A DNA stretch of 64,000 bases from Chthoniobacteraceae bacterium (lineage in GTDB: Bacteria > Verrucomicrobiota > Verrucomicrobiia > Chthoniobacterales > Chthoniobacteraceae). The stretch spans positions 1 to 64,000 of the forward strand of contig JBBCKI010000003.1 of the NCBI GenBank assembly GCA_037190965.1, given 5' to 3'. The translations under genes were made by a program, and so were the position numbers. The notes under the pieces were generated by a model. That model was not told the DNA's origin. It ran no database searches and saw nothing but the letters and a program-made list of their open reading frames with translations. The number at the start of each line of letters is the position of its first letter. Position 1 is the stretch's first letter. Positions 28,760-38,049 of this stretch are shown piece by piece.

Positions 28760-31700
28760 TCAAAGGTCGCCGGCTGTCCATTTGACCGCAGCATCGAATA
28801 GCAAGTACCCATCGGTGCCAAGGGTGGCCCCATTAGCCAATGGGAATGCAACACGACGGCTCGGTGCGATTAAACCGAGCAGACCGGCATCCATTTCATA
28901 AGAGAAGATTCCAGCCTTGCCGGGAACACCAGCGATTTCCGCAACAGTCTGAGCGCTTGGGAGTGGTATCCCCCACGCATGATCGGTGGGAGCGCTCGTC
29001 AAGGCGACTGTCCCGCTTAGTCCAGCTGCTAAAGAATCGGCTGGATTCGAGATGGTGACATTAGTGGCTCCTGTCGTGATCCCATAATCCACGGCAGCCG
29101 TGGCACCCGTCATTCCCAAAGAGGGGTAGATGCTTCCTCCCCAGCAAAGAATGGGCACTTCACAGAGGCTGAAAGTGGATCCAATTGCAGGTGAGGAAGA
29201 GGAGGAAATAACGAGCAGATCCTTTCCAATAGCGTCGTTGAGGACAACGGCACCATCGTCGATCACTGTTACATTGTAACCGAGATTTTCCATTCTTAGC
29301 TTCAATGCGGCATCCTCAGCGTTTGGAACGGGGGTTCCCGTTACAAAGAGGATCTCTCCTGGAATGGTGGCTTTCTGGACAGTCACTGCTGAGGGAGCGG
29401 AGACTGCAACGCATCCATTGCTATCAGTCGCCTGAGCCACGAAGGTATACTCACCTGCCGGAATGTCGGATAGGGAGAGAGAGTATGGCGAGGTGAGGTC
29501 TTCGCCCAGTTTGTTTCCTGCGCGGTCGAAGAATTCCACCTTGTCGATGGTGGCTCCAGAGCCGGATGCTGCCGCGACAAAGCTAAGGGAGCCGGGTGCC
29601 GGGGTACTCGTCCCATTGAGCGGAGCAGTCAGCGCAACCGAGGGTGGCGTTAGGAAAAAGACGTTCGGCTTGCCATTGAGAATGGTGCTGTGGCTCGTGA
29701 TTGAGTTAAAGACGTTGTTCCCCATCCCAATCTTGAGATCGACGTTTGATGCAACAGCCCAACTTGCGGCCAGTGCAGTGCCTCCATTGGCGTTGAATGT
29801 GTTTCCATTCATGGAAAGCCAAAACACTACAGGAATGCTGGTATTTGAATTCGTTGGGTTCGCCAAATTAATGGCGCGAAAGTTCGCATTTGAGGAATTG
29901 ACGACGTTGTTATGAAATGAGATCCGATTGAAGTCATTTGTAACAGTCAGGAACTTCGTTCCACTTGTGGTGATCGTATTGCCTTCGAGATGGACTTCTT
30001 GCAGGGGGCTCCAGGCGCCTGTTTCAACGGTTGTGTTCGTGAGAGTGCATCCCCTGAAATTGAGGGTGGTCTTCTGCAATCGAAACGATGAGTTGACTAC
30101 CTCGGACTCGACGACTTCCGATGGAAGCGTCATGTTTGCCGTCAGAAATGTGCTGTTTTCAACATAGCAACGCTCCAGACTGAAGCGGTTGGTACTGGCA
30201 ACGGCGCCGTTGACATTACAATCGACCAACCTCGATCTTACCGGACCGCCGAGGATGTCGCACTGATAGAAATAGCCGAACTTAAAAGTGGTTGGATCCG
30301 TGTTATGGGAAACAGCTCCCCCGTAAAGATTATTATTCTTGATGCAATACTCACGATCGAGCCAGATCAGGTTGTGTGTTATAGCCAGCCTTGTTTCCCC
30401 TAGGACGTCGTTGTTGTAGACTCGAAAGTGAACCATTGTTTTGTACGGGCCGATATCAAAGGTGGCTTTTTTGAAGACGTTATCGCGAACGACAAAATTT
30501 GCCGACCGCGTCGTGGAATAGTACCCCATGACGTTCCGTTCGACGACAAAGTTGTGCCCAGCAAAAGCGACAAATTCATTGACTGGGTTTGTCCCGAAAA
30601 CATTATCGTGAAAATAGAGATCCTGCATTAGATCCCAGCCATCTTCCGCGTCGAAAGCACATTTCGCCATGGCCCAGCCAACGTTATTGAATGTGCATCC
30701 TGTTACGGTAAGGTTATGGAAGCCGGAGGGCACCATCCCAACGCACCGGACATCTTGAATATCGAGATCGATGAGATCGCAGTTATAGGGAGTCCTGATG
30801 TTGAAAAGTGAGACGCTGTCATTCGGAAGAGCGGTGGCACTGTAGAGGGTGAATTTTGCATAGCGCGCATTCGCTGGCGGATACATCCTCCGGTAGAAAT
30901 GACCTAATGTAGAACCAATGTAATTGTTGGATACATCGTAAAATGCGGCCCGGTAGATCCAGTTGTCCGGAAGTGGGTTACCTTGGTAACCAAGGTATTT
31001 CCCCAGTTGGAAAAATCCTTTGGAGCCCATGTAGGTGGAGATATCGACGGCGGTGTTGCAAGCCGTGCGGGTTGTCGAGGGAACGAGAAGTCCTGTCGTC
31101 TCGTCAATCTCGCCGAGTGTGAATGCTCCCACCGATTTGGGCGGGTTGTGACTAATCCCTACGTTAACGGGGCGCCGGGCATATTCGAAGCTGGTTGCAA
31201 CCCCATAGCCCGTGATTTTTTTAACCACAAGGTTCTCAAAGGAACAGTACTCAGCCCCTTGTCCCAAGAGAATCCCCACCAACCATTCGCTGTTCGGGCT
31301 GACACTGAAATTGTGGTTATCAAGATCTCCCTCGATGGTTCCGTTTTCGACGTGTGAATCGACGCAGTGGGCGATCTCCAGGATGTATCCCTTATCAAGA
31401 GAACTTGGATTGAGTCGGAGAGTGGAACCGTTGAGGTCAAGTGTCATCCCTGTGACCATCTTGACTGTACTGTTTTCGTCGATCCGATAGATACCCGTAG
31501 GAAGAATGACTTTCCGATAGCCGTTAGTCCCGGCCCAAACGAGCATGTTATTGAGCCCGCTGGTGGTGGCAACGGGATTCGTGTCGTTCGAGTAAATGCC
31601 AAAACTATTAAAGAGATCAACAGTAGTAGGACTATAAGTTTGACCTGCTGTAATGGGGTGTGTAACAGGATCTACCACTCGAAAGTTTTGGTACAGAACA

Positions 31701-32080
31701 TGCGACTTTCGCCCCTGTGAATCCGTGACCTGAATCGCCAGGCGCACTTCGCTCTTCGGGGTGGTGAAAACCGGGAGCGTGATAGTGTGGTCACCTCCTC
31801 TTACGGTCCGATTCTGATAATGCACGCCGTCAATCGAGAATGAGACCGTGAGTTTCTCGCTGCGGTCATTAAAGCGGTAGTCACGATTTTCATAATCGGT
31901 GACGTAGAAGTTTAAGGTCTGACGTTCGCCGACATTGATGGTTTTCTTTAGAGAATTAAGGGATACGTAGGGAGTTCGATTCTCAAATGCGAGCTCTGCC
32001 CTCAAGGGGGCTATTAACAAGAGAAAAAACGCCAGAAGAACTGGCACCGTTAATTTTAAGTAGAGATTCTGGGAGCTCAT
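28760..32080 (-). CDS. Large secreted right-handed beta-helix protein with Ig-like and C-terminal accessory domains
   Basis: Signal peptide; LPTGIYRI...LDLNGSTL pectin-lyase-like start; Asn-rich beta-helix repeats; PSVALTAP...KVEFF...GEYTFVAQATDSNG Ig domain. Confidence 0.75.
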   Translation of the reverse strand: MSSQNLYLKLTVPVLLAFFLLLIAPLRAELAFENRTPYVSLNSLKKTINVGERQTLNFYVTDYENRDYRFNDRSEKLTVSFSIDGVHYQNRTVRGGDHTITLPVFTTPKSEVRLAIQVTDSQGRKSHVLYQNFRVVDPVTHPITAGQTYSPTTVDLFNSFGIYSNDTNPVATTSGLNNMLVWAGTNGYRKVILPTGIYRIDENSTVKMVTGMTLDLNGSTLRLNPSSLDKGYILEIAHCVDSHVENGTIEGDLDNHNFSVSPNSEWLVGILLGQGAEYCSFENLVVKKITGYGVATSFEYARRPVNVGISHNPPKSVGAFTLGEIDETTGLLVPSTTRTACNTAVDISTYMGSKGFFQLGKYLGYQGNPLPDNWIYRAAFYDVSNNYIGSTLGHFYRRMYPPANARYAKFTLYSATALPNDSVSLFNIRTPYNCDLIDLDIQDVRCVGMVPSGFHNLTVTGCTFNNVGWAMAKCAFDAEDGWDLMQDLYFHDNVFGTNPVNEFVAFAGHNFVVERNVMGYYSTTRSANFVVRDNVFKKATFDIGPYKTMVHFRVYNNDVLGETRLAITHNLIWLDREYCIKNNNLYGGAVSHNTDPTTFKFGYFYQCDILGGPVRSRLVDCNVNGAVASTNRFSLERCYVENSTFLTANMTLPSEVVESEVVNSSFRLQKTTLNFRGCTLTNTTVETGAWSPLQEVHLEGNTITTSGTKFLTVTNDFNRISFHNNVVNSSNANFRAINLANPTNSNTSIPVVFWLSMNGNTFNANGGTALAASWAVASNVDLKIGMGNNVFNSITSHSTILNGKPNVFFLTPPSVALTAPLNGTSTPAPGSLSFVAAASGSGATIDKVEFFDRAGNKLGEDLTSPYSLSLSDIPAGEYTFVAQATDSNGCVAVSAPSAVTVQKATIPGEILFVTGTPVPNAEDAALKLRMENLGYNVTVIDDGAVVLNDAIGKDLLVISSSSSPAIGSTFSLCEVPILCWGGSIYPSLGMTGATAAVDYGITTGATNVTISNPADSLAAGLSGTVALTSAPTDHAWGIPLPSAQTVAEIAGVPGKAGIFSYEMDAGLLGLIAPSRRVAFPLANGATLGTDGYLLFDAAVKWTAGDL

Positions 32081-32370
32081 AAAAAAACACCATATTTTTT
32101 TCAACCGGATGATGCGGGAGAATTCCCAACGCTGAGAACGCGTCAACACAATAGCAAAATCGATATTACAAAAAGGATCTATTAGTCAAATGCATTTTCA
32201 CATATAGCCACCCTATAGAACTATCGGGCTATACCCGACAACCCGCATAGGTGCTTCTAGTGTTATATTTGGCAAACTCCTTAAACCTGAATTTCCGATC
32301 TTGGAGCAGGCGAAATCATGCAGAGCTTGAAGCAGAAACGGTTAAGAAGAAGCGAAGCCCCATCTCTTTT

Positions 32371-32521
32371 CCTCGTTACCAATCTCCAGATTGGTAATGC
32401 CATTGTCCCCGAATCTCTGATTCGAAAGCCTTGTCATCTCGTGCAGACAATCAGAACGAATAGGGTTGCGAACTGGAGTTTCGAAAACATGGGCGTTCCC
32501 AAACAGAGTTTGGGAACGAGG
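32371..32521. repeat. Intergenic nested palindromic element (REP/MITE-like)
   Basis: Ends CCTCGTT...AACGAGG; four internal hairpins, including TTACCAATCT-CC-AGATTGGTAA and CGTTCCCAAAC-AGA-GTTTGGGAACG. Confidence 0.75.
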
Positions 32522-32563
32522 AAAAAGTGGCCGGAATTATGACAAGAATTTAGCTAACACGCC

Positions 32564-33106
32564 CTAAGCCATCACGCTTTCAGCGATCTCCCGGGCTCTG
32601 GCCTCGCCAAAAAGCCGACGCACCAAAGCCAGACCAAAATCGAGAGCCGTCCCCGCGCCGCGCGAGGTGGTTAAATCTCCATCCTCCACCACCCGCTCAT
32701 CGCCCAGCGCTTGCGGCAATTCCCCATGCACCGAAAAGTGCGCCGTAAAGCGTTTCCCCGTCAGCAACCCGGCATCCGCGAGCACCGTCGGCGCGGCGCA
32801 GATTGCCGCCACGGATCTCCCCGCCTCCGCTTGAGCCCGGGCGAGTTGGGCGGCCCTGCCGTCGGCGCGCAACGCCTTCACCCCCGGACCGCCGGGAATC
32901 AGCAGTAGGTCGAAGTCCTCCCCCACGACATCGGACAGCGAGACATCGGCGCGCACAAAAATATCCGAACGGCCCACCACCAGGCGGTCGCCGCTTACCG
33001 AAGCAAGCACCACCTCCGCCCCTGCACGGCGCAGCAGATCGACCGGCGTAATGGTTTCGATCTCCTCAAATCCGGGAGCCAACAGGCAAAGCACACGTTT
33101 TTTCAT
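32564..33106 (-). CDS. DJ-1/PfpI (ThiJ/YajL) family protein
   Basis: GFEEIE, IPGG, AAICAAP catalytic Cys, TSRGAGT. Confidence 0.92.
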   Translation of the reverse strand: MKKRVLCLLAPGFEEIETITPVDLLRRAGAEVVLASVSGDRLVVGRSDIFVRADVSLSDVVGEDFDLLLIPGGPGVKALRADGRAAQLARAQAEAGRSVAAICAAPTVLADAGLLTGKRFTAHFSVHGELPQALGDERVVEDGDLTTSRGAGTALDFGLALVRRLFGEARAREIAESVMA

Positions 33107-33123
33107 TCCTATAAGATTCGCGT

Positions 33124-34647
33124 CTACCGATCGAACCGGTCCACCTGTTCTTTCACGGCCTGATCCATCCTGATCAACGGTGGCCATTCGCGCTTGAACC
33201 CCTCGCCCGCGAGTTTGCGCGTAGCGTCGAAGCCGAGCTTGCTTCCGGAGCCGATTTCACTCGTCGCATGGTCGAGAACATCGGCTGGGCCTTTGGTGAA
33301 GATGGAATCCCGCTGCGGATCGGTATTGGAGCAGAGGCAAAACAACACTTCGCTGGTGTTATGCACATCCACATCATGATCCACCACCACGATATATTTG
33401 GTGAACATCATCTGCCCCATCCCCCACAGGCCGTGCATAATCTTGTAAGCCTGCATCGGGTAGGTCTTTTTGATGCTGACGAACACCAGATTGTGGAAAA
33501 CTCCTTCCGCCGGAAGGGCAATATCCACGATCTCCGGAAAGTTCATCTTGAAGATCGGCAGGAAAATCTTCACGGAAGCCCCGCCCATGTAGAAATCCTC
33601 CATCGGCGGAATGCCGACGATCGTCGCAGGGTAAACCGCGTTCTTCCGGTGTGTAATGGCGGTCACGTGAAACACCGGGTACGGGTCCGGCAATGTGTAA
33701 TATCCGGTATGATCTCCGAACGGCCCTTCCTCGCGCAACGGCTCGCACGGGTCAATGTAACCCTCGATCACAAAATCGGCATTGGCGGGGACTTCAAGGT
33801 CGCACGTCTCGCACTTCACCAATTCGATCGACTTGCGCCGCAGATAGCCCGCCAGCAGAAACTCGTCCAGCCCGTCGGGCAGCGGCGCGGTGGCGCAGAA
33901 CGGGTACGCCGGATCTCCGCCCAGAACGATCGCAACGGGCATCCGCGTTCCCGTTTCGTAATAACGCCGCCCGTGGCGCGCACCGACCTTTTGCAATTGC
34001 CAGTGCATCCCCGTCGTCCTGTCATCATAGACCTGCACCCGGTACATGCCGACGTTGCGTTCGCCGGTGTCGGGATCCTGCGTCACCACGCATGGCAGCG
34101 TCACGAAACGCCCGCCGTCGAGCGGCCAGCATTTAAGGATCGGCAAATCGAGAAGCGTTGGCGGTTTCGGGTCCGTGCTGCCCTTCTTCCAATCCGGCGC
34201 TGCGGGCCAATCGCCCGTGTGCGTGGCAGGCGCGTCGAACCGATGGATCACCTCCTTGCACGCGCCGGTTTTCACACGCTTGGGCCGCGCATGTCGCAAC
34301 TCGATGGCGGTGGAAAAAAGCGAGATCGCCTCGCGCAGGCTTGTCGGCGGCTTCGCCTTCATCAGCGAGCCAAGTTCCTCCGCGACCGCGTCCACGGATT
34401 CCGCCCCCATGCTCAGGGCCATCCGCTTCCAGGAACCCATCGTATTGATCGCCACCGGAAAGGGCGAAATCTTCCCGTTCACCGTCGGTTTCTCGAACAG
34501 GAGCGCCTTGCCGCCGCCGGGCTGCTTCATCTCACGATCCGCGATTTCGGTAATTTCCAACTCCGTCGCGACGGGTCTTGAGATGCGTTTCAGTTCGCCC
34601 GCGCGATCAAGCGCTTCAATAAATTCGGAGTACGACGCGTAAGCCAT
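33124..34647 (-). CDS. UbiD-family decarboxylase (menaquinone biosynthesis type)
   Basis: LEITEIADR, NVGMYR, EGPFGDHTGYY, GIPPMED, KLGFDAT. Confidence 0.9.
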   Translation of the reverse strand: MAYASYSEFIEALDRAGELKRISRPVATELEITEIADREMKQPGGGKALLFEKPTVNGKISPFPVAINTMGSWKRMALSMGAESVDAVAEELGSLMKAKPPTSLREAISLFSTAIELRHARPKRVKTGACKEVIHRFDAPATHTGDWPAAPDWKKGSTDPKPPTLLDLPILKCWPLDGGRFVTLPCVVTQDPDTGERNVGMYRVQVYDDRTTGMHWQLQKVGARHGRRYYETGTRMPVAIVLGGDPAYPFCATAPLPDGLDEFLLAGYLRRKSIELVKCETCDLEVPANADFVIEGYIDPCEPLREEGPFGDHTGYYTLPDPYPVFHVTAITHRKNAVYPATIVGIPPMEDFYMGGASVKIFLPIFKMNFPEIVDIALPAEGVFHNLVFVSIKKTYPMQAYKIMHGLWGMGQMMFTKYIVVVDHDVDVHNTSEVLFCLCSNTDPQRDSIFTKGPADVLDHATSEIGSGSKLGFDATRKLAGEGFKREWPPLIRMDQAVKEQVDRFDR

Positions 34648-34791
34648 TGCGCCGTATTGAAGCCGAATCCCACGGTCGGCGCGAGCGCAATTGCACTCCG
34701 CCAGCGGCCTCTCCAAGACCCTCCGGATAAAACATCGTCCGGCGATTTTCGCTTGCGAACATCGCGTTCGAGAGGCAGCAATCATGGAGCG

Positions 34792-35919
34792 ATGCGTCCT
34801 CCCCGCCCCAACTTCCTCCCCTTTCTGGCGATCTGCTGCGCCGGCCTGAGCATCGGCCTGATCTTTTGGGCCCGGAATCGCGAGATCCCCAGAGGAGACG
34901 TGAACAGCCTGCCCACGCTTCCCGACCAAACTACCTCATCTTCCGGGGAGACCGCCCCTCCCCAACCAACTGAGGCCCCTCCGGAAACGCTCCCCTCGCC
35001 CGACGAAACCACGGCCCCAGGCGAGCCGACCGCTCCCGAGCCTCCGGAACCCGTCCGCCCTTCGGAAGAGGAACTGACCGGGCCGCTTCCAACCCGGGAC
35101 CCGGGCGAACAAGTCGCCAAAGCACCCGCGCTCCACGCGCCACTGGCCGCGGCCCCCACCGCTCTCGATCTCCCCTCGCTCGCGCAGCAACCCAAGCTCT
35201 GGCCGCCTCAAGTCACGCTTCGCGAGGCGGTCCGCTTCCCGGTCTTCCGCGACGGCGTGGAAAGCGGCAATATCCAGGTTCCCGCCGGTACCGTCGTCTT
35301 GCTGCGCAAGATTCACGCGAACGGAAAGCTGGAAGTGGAACATCTTAAATGGCTGACCACCGTTCCGGCGACGTCCACCGATTTGCTGGCGCGCATCAAG
35401 CAGGCCTCGGCCCCAGCGGCCCCGACGGCTCCAGCGGCCCCGACGGCTCCAGGGACCACCACCGCCTCACAAGCTGCGAAGCCGACCGCCACTCCTGTGC
35501 CGGCAGGTCCACCTCTTCTGGCCATCACCGTCAAACGGGACCGCCGCAGCGAAAACGGCCCCGGCGGCACCCCGCGCAGAATATGGCATTTCAGCGTCAG
35601 CGTGCAGAACCCCGGCAAAGAAAAACGCCCCAAACTGCAAGGCCACTTCTTCGCCATCACGCGAACCGCCGAAGGCGCCCTCGTCCTTGCCGCGACTGAA
35701 AAGCTGACCTGCGACCTCGACGCCAACGGAGAGATCACCCTCACCCCGCCCCCTCTCGATCTCGACGACTCCCGTCCCCTCGACAGCTTCGCCGTCGTGT
35801 TCCGCGATGCCTCCGGAGCCATCGCAGGCTCCACTTCCACCCGGGAATCGCTCACCAAAGACTGGGCAACCCTGGAAGCGATGTCGCTGGGAACGATCCT
35901 CCCCGCAGCTAAGCCCTAA
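34792..35919 (+). CDS. Hypothetical membrane-anchored Pro/Thr-rich protein
   Basis: N-terminal TM helix, Pro-rich linkers (internal 18-bp tandem repeat near 35412-35452), two small globular segments; GC-rich codon usage. Confidence 0.65.
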   Translation: MRPPRPNFLPFLAICCAGLSIGLIFWARNREIPRGDVNSLPTLPDQTTSSSGETAPPQPTEAPPETLPSPDETTAPGEPTAPEPPEPVRPSEEELTGPLPTRDPGEQVAKAPALHAPLAAAPTALDLPSLAQQPKLWPPQVTLREAVRFPVFRDGVESGNIQVPAGTVVLLRKIHANGKLEVEHLKWLTTVPATSTDLLARIKQASAPAAPTAPAAPTAPGTTTASQAAKPTATPVPAGPPLLAITVKRDRRSENGPGGTPRRIWHFSVSVQNPGKEKRPKLQGHFFAITRTAEGALVLAATEKLTCDLDANGEITLTPPPLDLDDSRPLDSFAVVFRDASGAIAGSTSTRESLTKDWATLEAMSLGTILPAAKP

Positions 35920-35959
35920 AGAGAAGCGAACCGCCCTGGGCCGTTGGTCACCGCCGCTT

Positions 35960-36140
35960 GTTGACTCATAATTAGGACACCCTGGCGGCTTTGTTTTTGG
36001 TGGTTGGTTTGGTTGCCCTTGCGGCGTTCCGGAGCGTAGCGGAGGGATACCCGCAAGGGTAATGGCATCTACCGCTTCCTCCCGCAGGAGTTCGGTGCGG
36101 TGCTCCAGAAGCGGTCTTCCAGGGCCCAATTTCCTTCATC
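35960..36140 (-). mobile_element. Putative 3' remnant and end of a decayed IS transposase
   Basis: Minus strand reads ...CCTCCGCTACGCTCCGG...GCCAGGGTGTCCTAATTATGAGTCAAC, resembling the C-terminal (RVS*) and end region of rve-type IS elements. Recalled pattern, not searched. Confidence 0.4.
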
Positions 36141-36355
36141 ATCGCAAAGGATCTAGGCTTCCTAGCTGGCTTTCGAGTTTCATTTTCTCCTCCTTTGGCA
36201 GCTCTCCCCGTCCAGAAGCCGTTGTGCGAGTGTGCGTCCCTGGCTACGGATTTGACGCCTGCCTTCGCGGTGGGGCGGAAAATCTCGCGTTGGGAATATT
36301 ACAATTTGCGGCTTGATAAAAAGTTCATAACATCTACATACACCCGGCATCGCGT

Positions 36356-36910
36356 ATGGAGAACGCCCACATACTTCCGATGGCTGAAAGGAGCTTTGAT
36401 CCCGTATATCACGGCACATCCCAAGAGAATTGGGAAAGTATCCGTCAGCAGGGGCGATTTGTCGTGGCTAAAGCCCGGATGGGGAAGTCACCGGGGTATT
36501 TGGGCGATGGTGTTTATTTCTATGAGTCTTCTCACGAAGACGCTTGGATTTGGGCGAAGGACGAAAAAAGATTCCCGCTTCCAGTCGTTGTCAAGGCCTG
36601 CATTCAGGCACTTAGATGCATTGACTGCTGCGATTGGAGTGTGGTGAAAGCTTTGGATCGAGCATATGTCAAGTTTGAGAAGAGGATGCGGAATGAGGGC
36701 CGAGAGCCTAAAGAGCCTTACTTTTTTCATTGGCTGGGTCGGCACGTGCTCAAAGAAATTGACTGTATTCGGGCCTGTCAAAGGCGCCCCAGTGCTCGCC
36801 GTGAGCTTTTATGGTCGCGGTTTGAAAGCAATCGCCTTGTGATTTGTGTGAAAAAGCCGGAAGTCATTGCAAAATTTGAAATTTTTGAGGAAAATCAGAA
36901 AGACTTATGA
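36356..36910 (+). CDS. ADP-ribosyltransferase-like toxin (CmdT-like) of a toxin-antitoxin-chaperone operon
   Basis: VYHGTS and GYLGDGVYFY motifs of HYx-class ARTs; C-terminal ICV strand; first gene of an overlapping three-gene operon ending in a SecB-like gene. Alternative start 36380. Confidence 0.75.
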   Translation: MENAHILPMAERSFDPVYHGTSQENWESIRQQGRFVVAKARMGKSPGYLGDGVYFYESSHEDAWIWAKDEKRFPLPVVVKACIQALRCIDCCDWSVVKALDRAYVKFEKRMRNEGREPKEPYFFHWLGRHVLKEIDCIRACQRRPSARRELLWSRFESNRLVICVKKPEVIAKFEIFEENQKDL

Positions 36911-37410
36911 AGGCGGAAGACATTGAAGCCAGATTAAACGCAGCTTTTGACGGGATGTCCGATGAGGAGTTCCGCGAGACGCTCGACGACGAAGAGATCG
37001 AGTACTTCTCGACGGTTGAACCCTTGGGGATTATCCCAAGCGCATCGCTTGTCAACGTCAATGTGGCCGCCGGTGCGGCGTGGGCAGCCTTGTTGGCCGA
37101 TTCCTTGCGCCGGAATGCAAGGGTGCAATGCGAGTTTATATCCGCGCACCTGCACTCTGATGCAGAAAAACAGCATTCTGACGCGTCGATAGAGTGGCTT
37201 TCTTCTGTTTTGAAAGATTGGTTGGGGGCGAAACCCTTGGAGAAGGCGATTGAGATTTCTTACGTTAAGCCCAATGATTTTTGGAAGTGTGAGCGCAGCG
37301 CAAAAGAGACCGATTGCTCCATTCCCCGAGTCCCCATGAAGGCATTTCAAGATACTTCAAGACCTGGAAAGGAGGCAGCAGAGAATGAACATCTCGCCCT
37401 TGCAGCTTAA
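36907..37410 (+). CDS. Putative antitoxin (CmdA-like) with C-terminal ssrA-like degron
   Basis: ATGA-coupled to the toxin; acidic helical N-terminus; C-terminus AAENEHLALAA; lies between toxin and chaperone. The role is inferred from position. Confidence 0.65.
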   Translation: MKAEDIEARLNAAFDGMSDEEFRETLDDEEIEYFSTVEPLGIIPSASLVNVNVAAGAAWAALLADSLRRNARVQCEFISAHLHSDAEKQHSDASIEWLSSVLKDWLGAKPLEKAIEISYVKPNDFWKCERSAKETDCSIPRVPMKAFQDTSRPGKEAAENEHLALAA

Positions 37411-37846
37411 ACATAGTTGGATTGAACGGCTCGATTTTCAATGCGCCTCTTTCGGGGAAGATGTGTCTGATACGTCAGATGTATCTGTAGAGGTTGACTA
37501 CGGACAGCATCCGTCGAACCCGCAGGAGTGGATGGTTGGGCTCACTACAGTCATTTCAAATTCTAACGAAGAAGAGGTGGCGAAATATTTGGCAACGGTC
37601 AAATTTGTTGGACTATTTCGAGTCGATGCTGAGTTGGAAAGAGAGAAGCAGTTGAAGATCGTGGCAGTTAATGCGCCGTCAGTCCTTTTCTCCGCGACGA
37701 GGGAGGTACTTGTGCAGATAACAGCTCGAAGCCCTCTTGGGCCTATTGAGCTCCCTACGCTTTCTTTCTTGGGGCACAATCTCACTGAGCCTGATGCGCC
37801 AGCGGAGGCGCGGGAAGGCGGCGTTGAGTCGCAGGGGAAGGCTTAG
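37385..37846 (+). CDS. SecB-like chaperone (TAC chaperone, CmdC-like)
   Basis: SPLQL N-terminus; YLATVKFVGLF strand; VNAPSVLFSATREVLVQITARSPLGPIELPTLSF matches the SecB NAP.ILFP..R......T.......LP..NF signature. Confidence 0.85.
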   Translation: MNISPLQLKHSWIERLDFQCASFGEDVSDTSDVSVEVDYGQHPSNPQEWMVGLTTVISNSNEEEVAKYLATVKFVGLFRVDAELEREKQLKIVAVNAPSVLFSATREVLVQITARSPLGPIELPTLSFLGHNLTEPDAPAEAREGGVESQGKA

Positions 37847-37859
37847 TTCTAAGAATACC

Positions 37860-37900
37860 AACAAACCCCGGCCTTCCAGAAGGAGGTCGGGGTTTTGTTT
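37860..37900 (+). terminator. Rho-independent terminator of the TAC operon
   Basis: CCCCGGCCTTC...GGAGGTCGGGG stem followed by TTTTGTTT, 14 nt after the stop. Confidence 0.7.
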
Positions 37901-38049
37901 AATGGGGTGTAGGCAAAACCAGCTCGGCGGCGGGCTATCGCTGAGGGTATTCACTGAGGCGCATCTGGTGGATCGATTGTTATTGCTGCTTTCTTCGCCA
38001 GCTCCCTATATCGCTCCAGATAGGTGCAGAGGAACACGTCAACAGGGAT

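Noticed and set aside
35412..35452. 18-bp tandem repeat
   Set aside because: In-frame duplication encoding an APAAPT linker; no frameshift or phase-variation potential.
37375..37410. Possible tmRNA (ssrA) gene or fragment because of the tag-like peptide
   Set aside because: The tag is the in-frame end of a 167-aa ORF and overlaps the next gene. No tRNA-like ends or tmRNA structure are visible around it.
37385..37846. Housekeeping secB
   Set aside because: Divergent sequence, atypical composition and coupling to a toxin-like operon fit a TAC chaperone, so no gene symbol is given.
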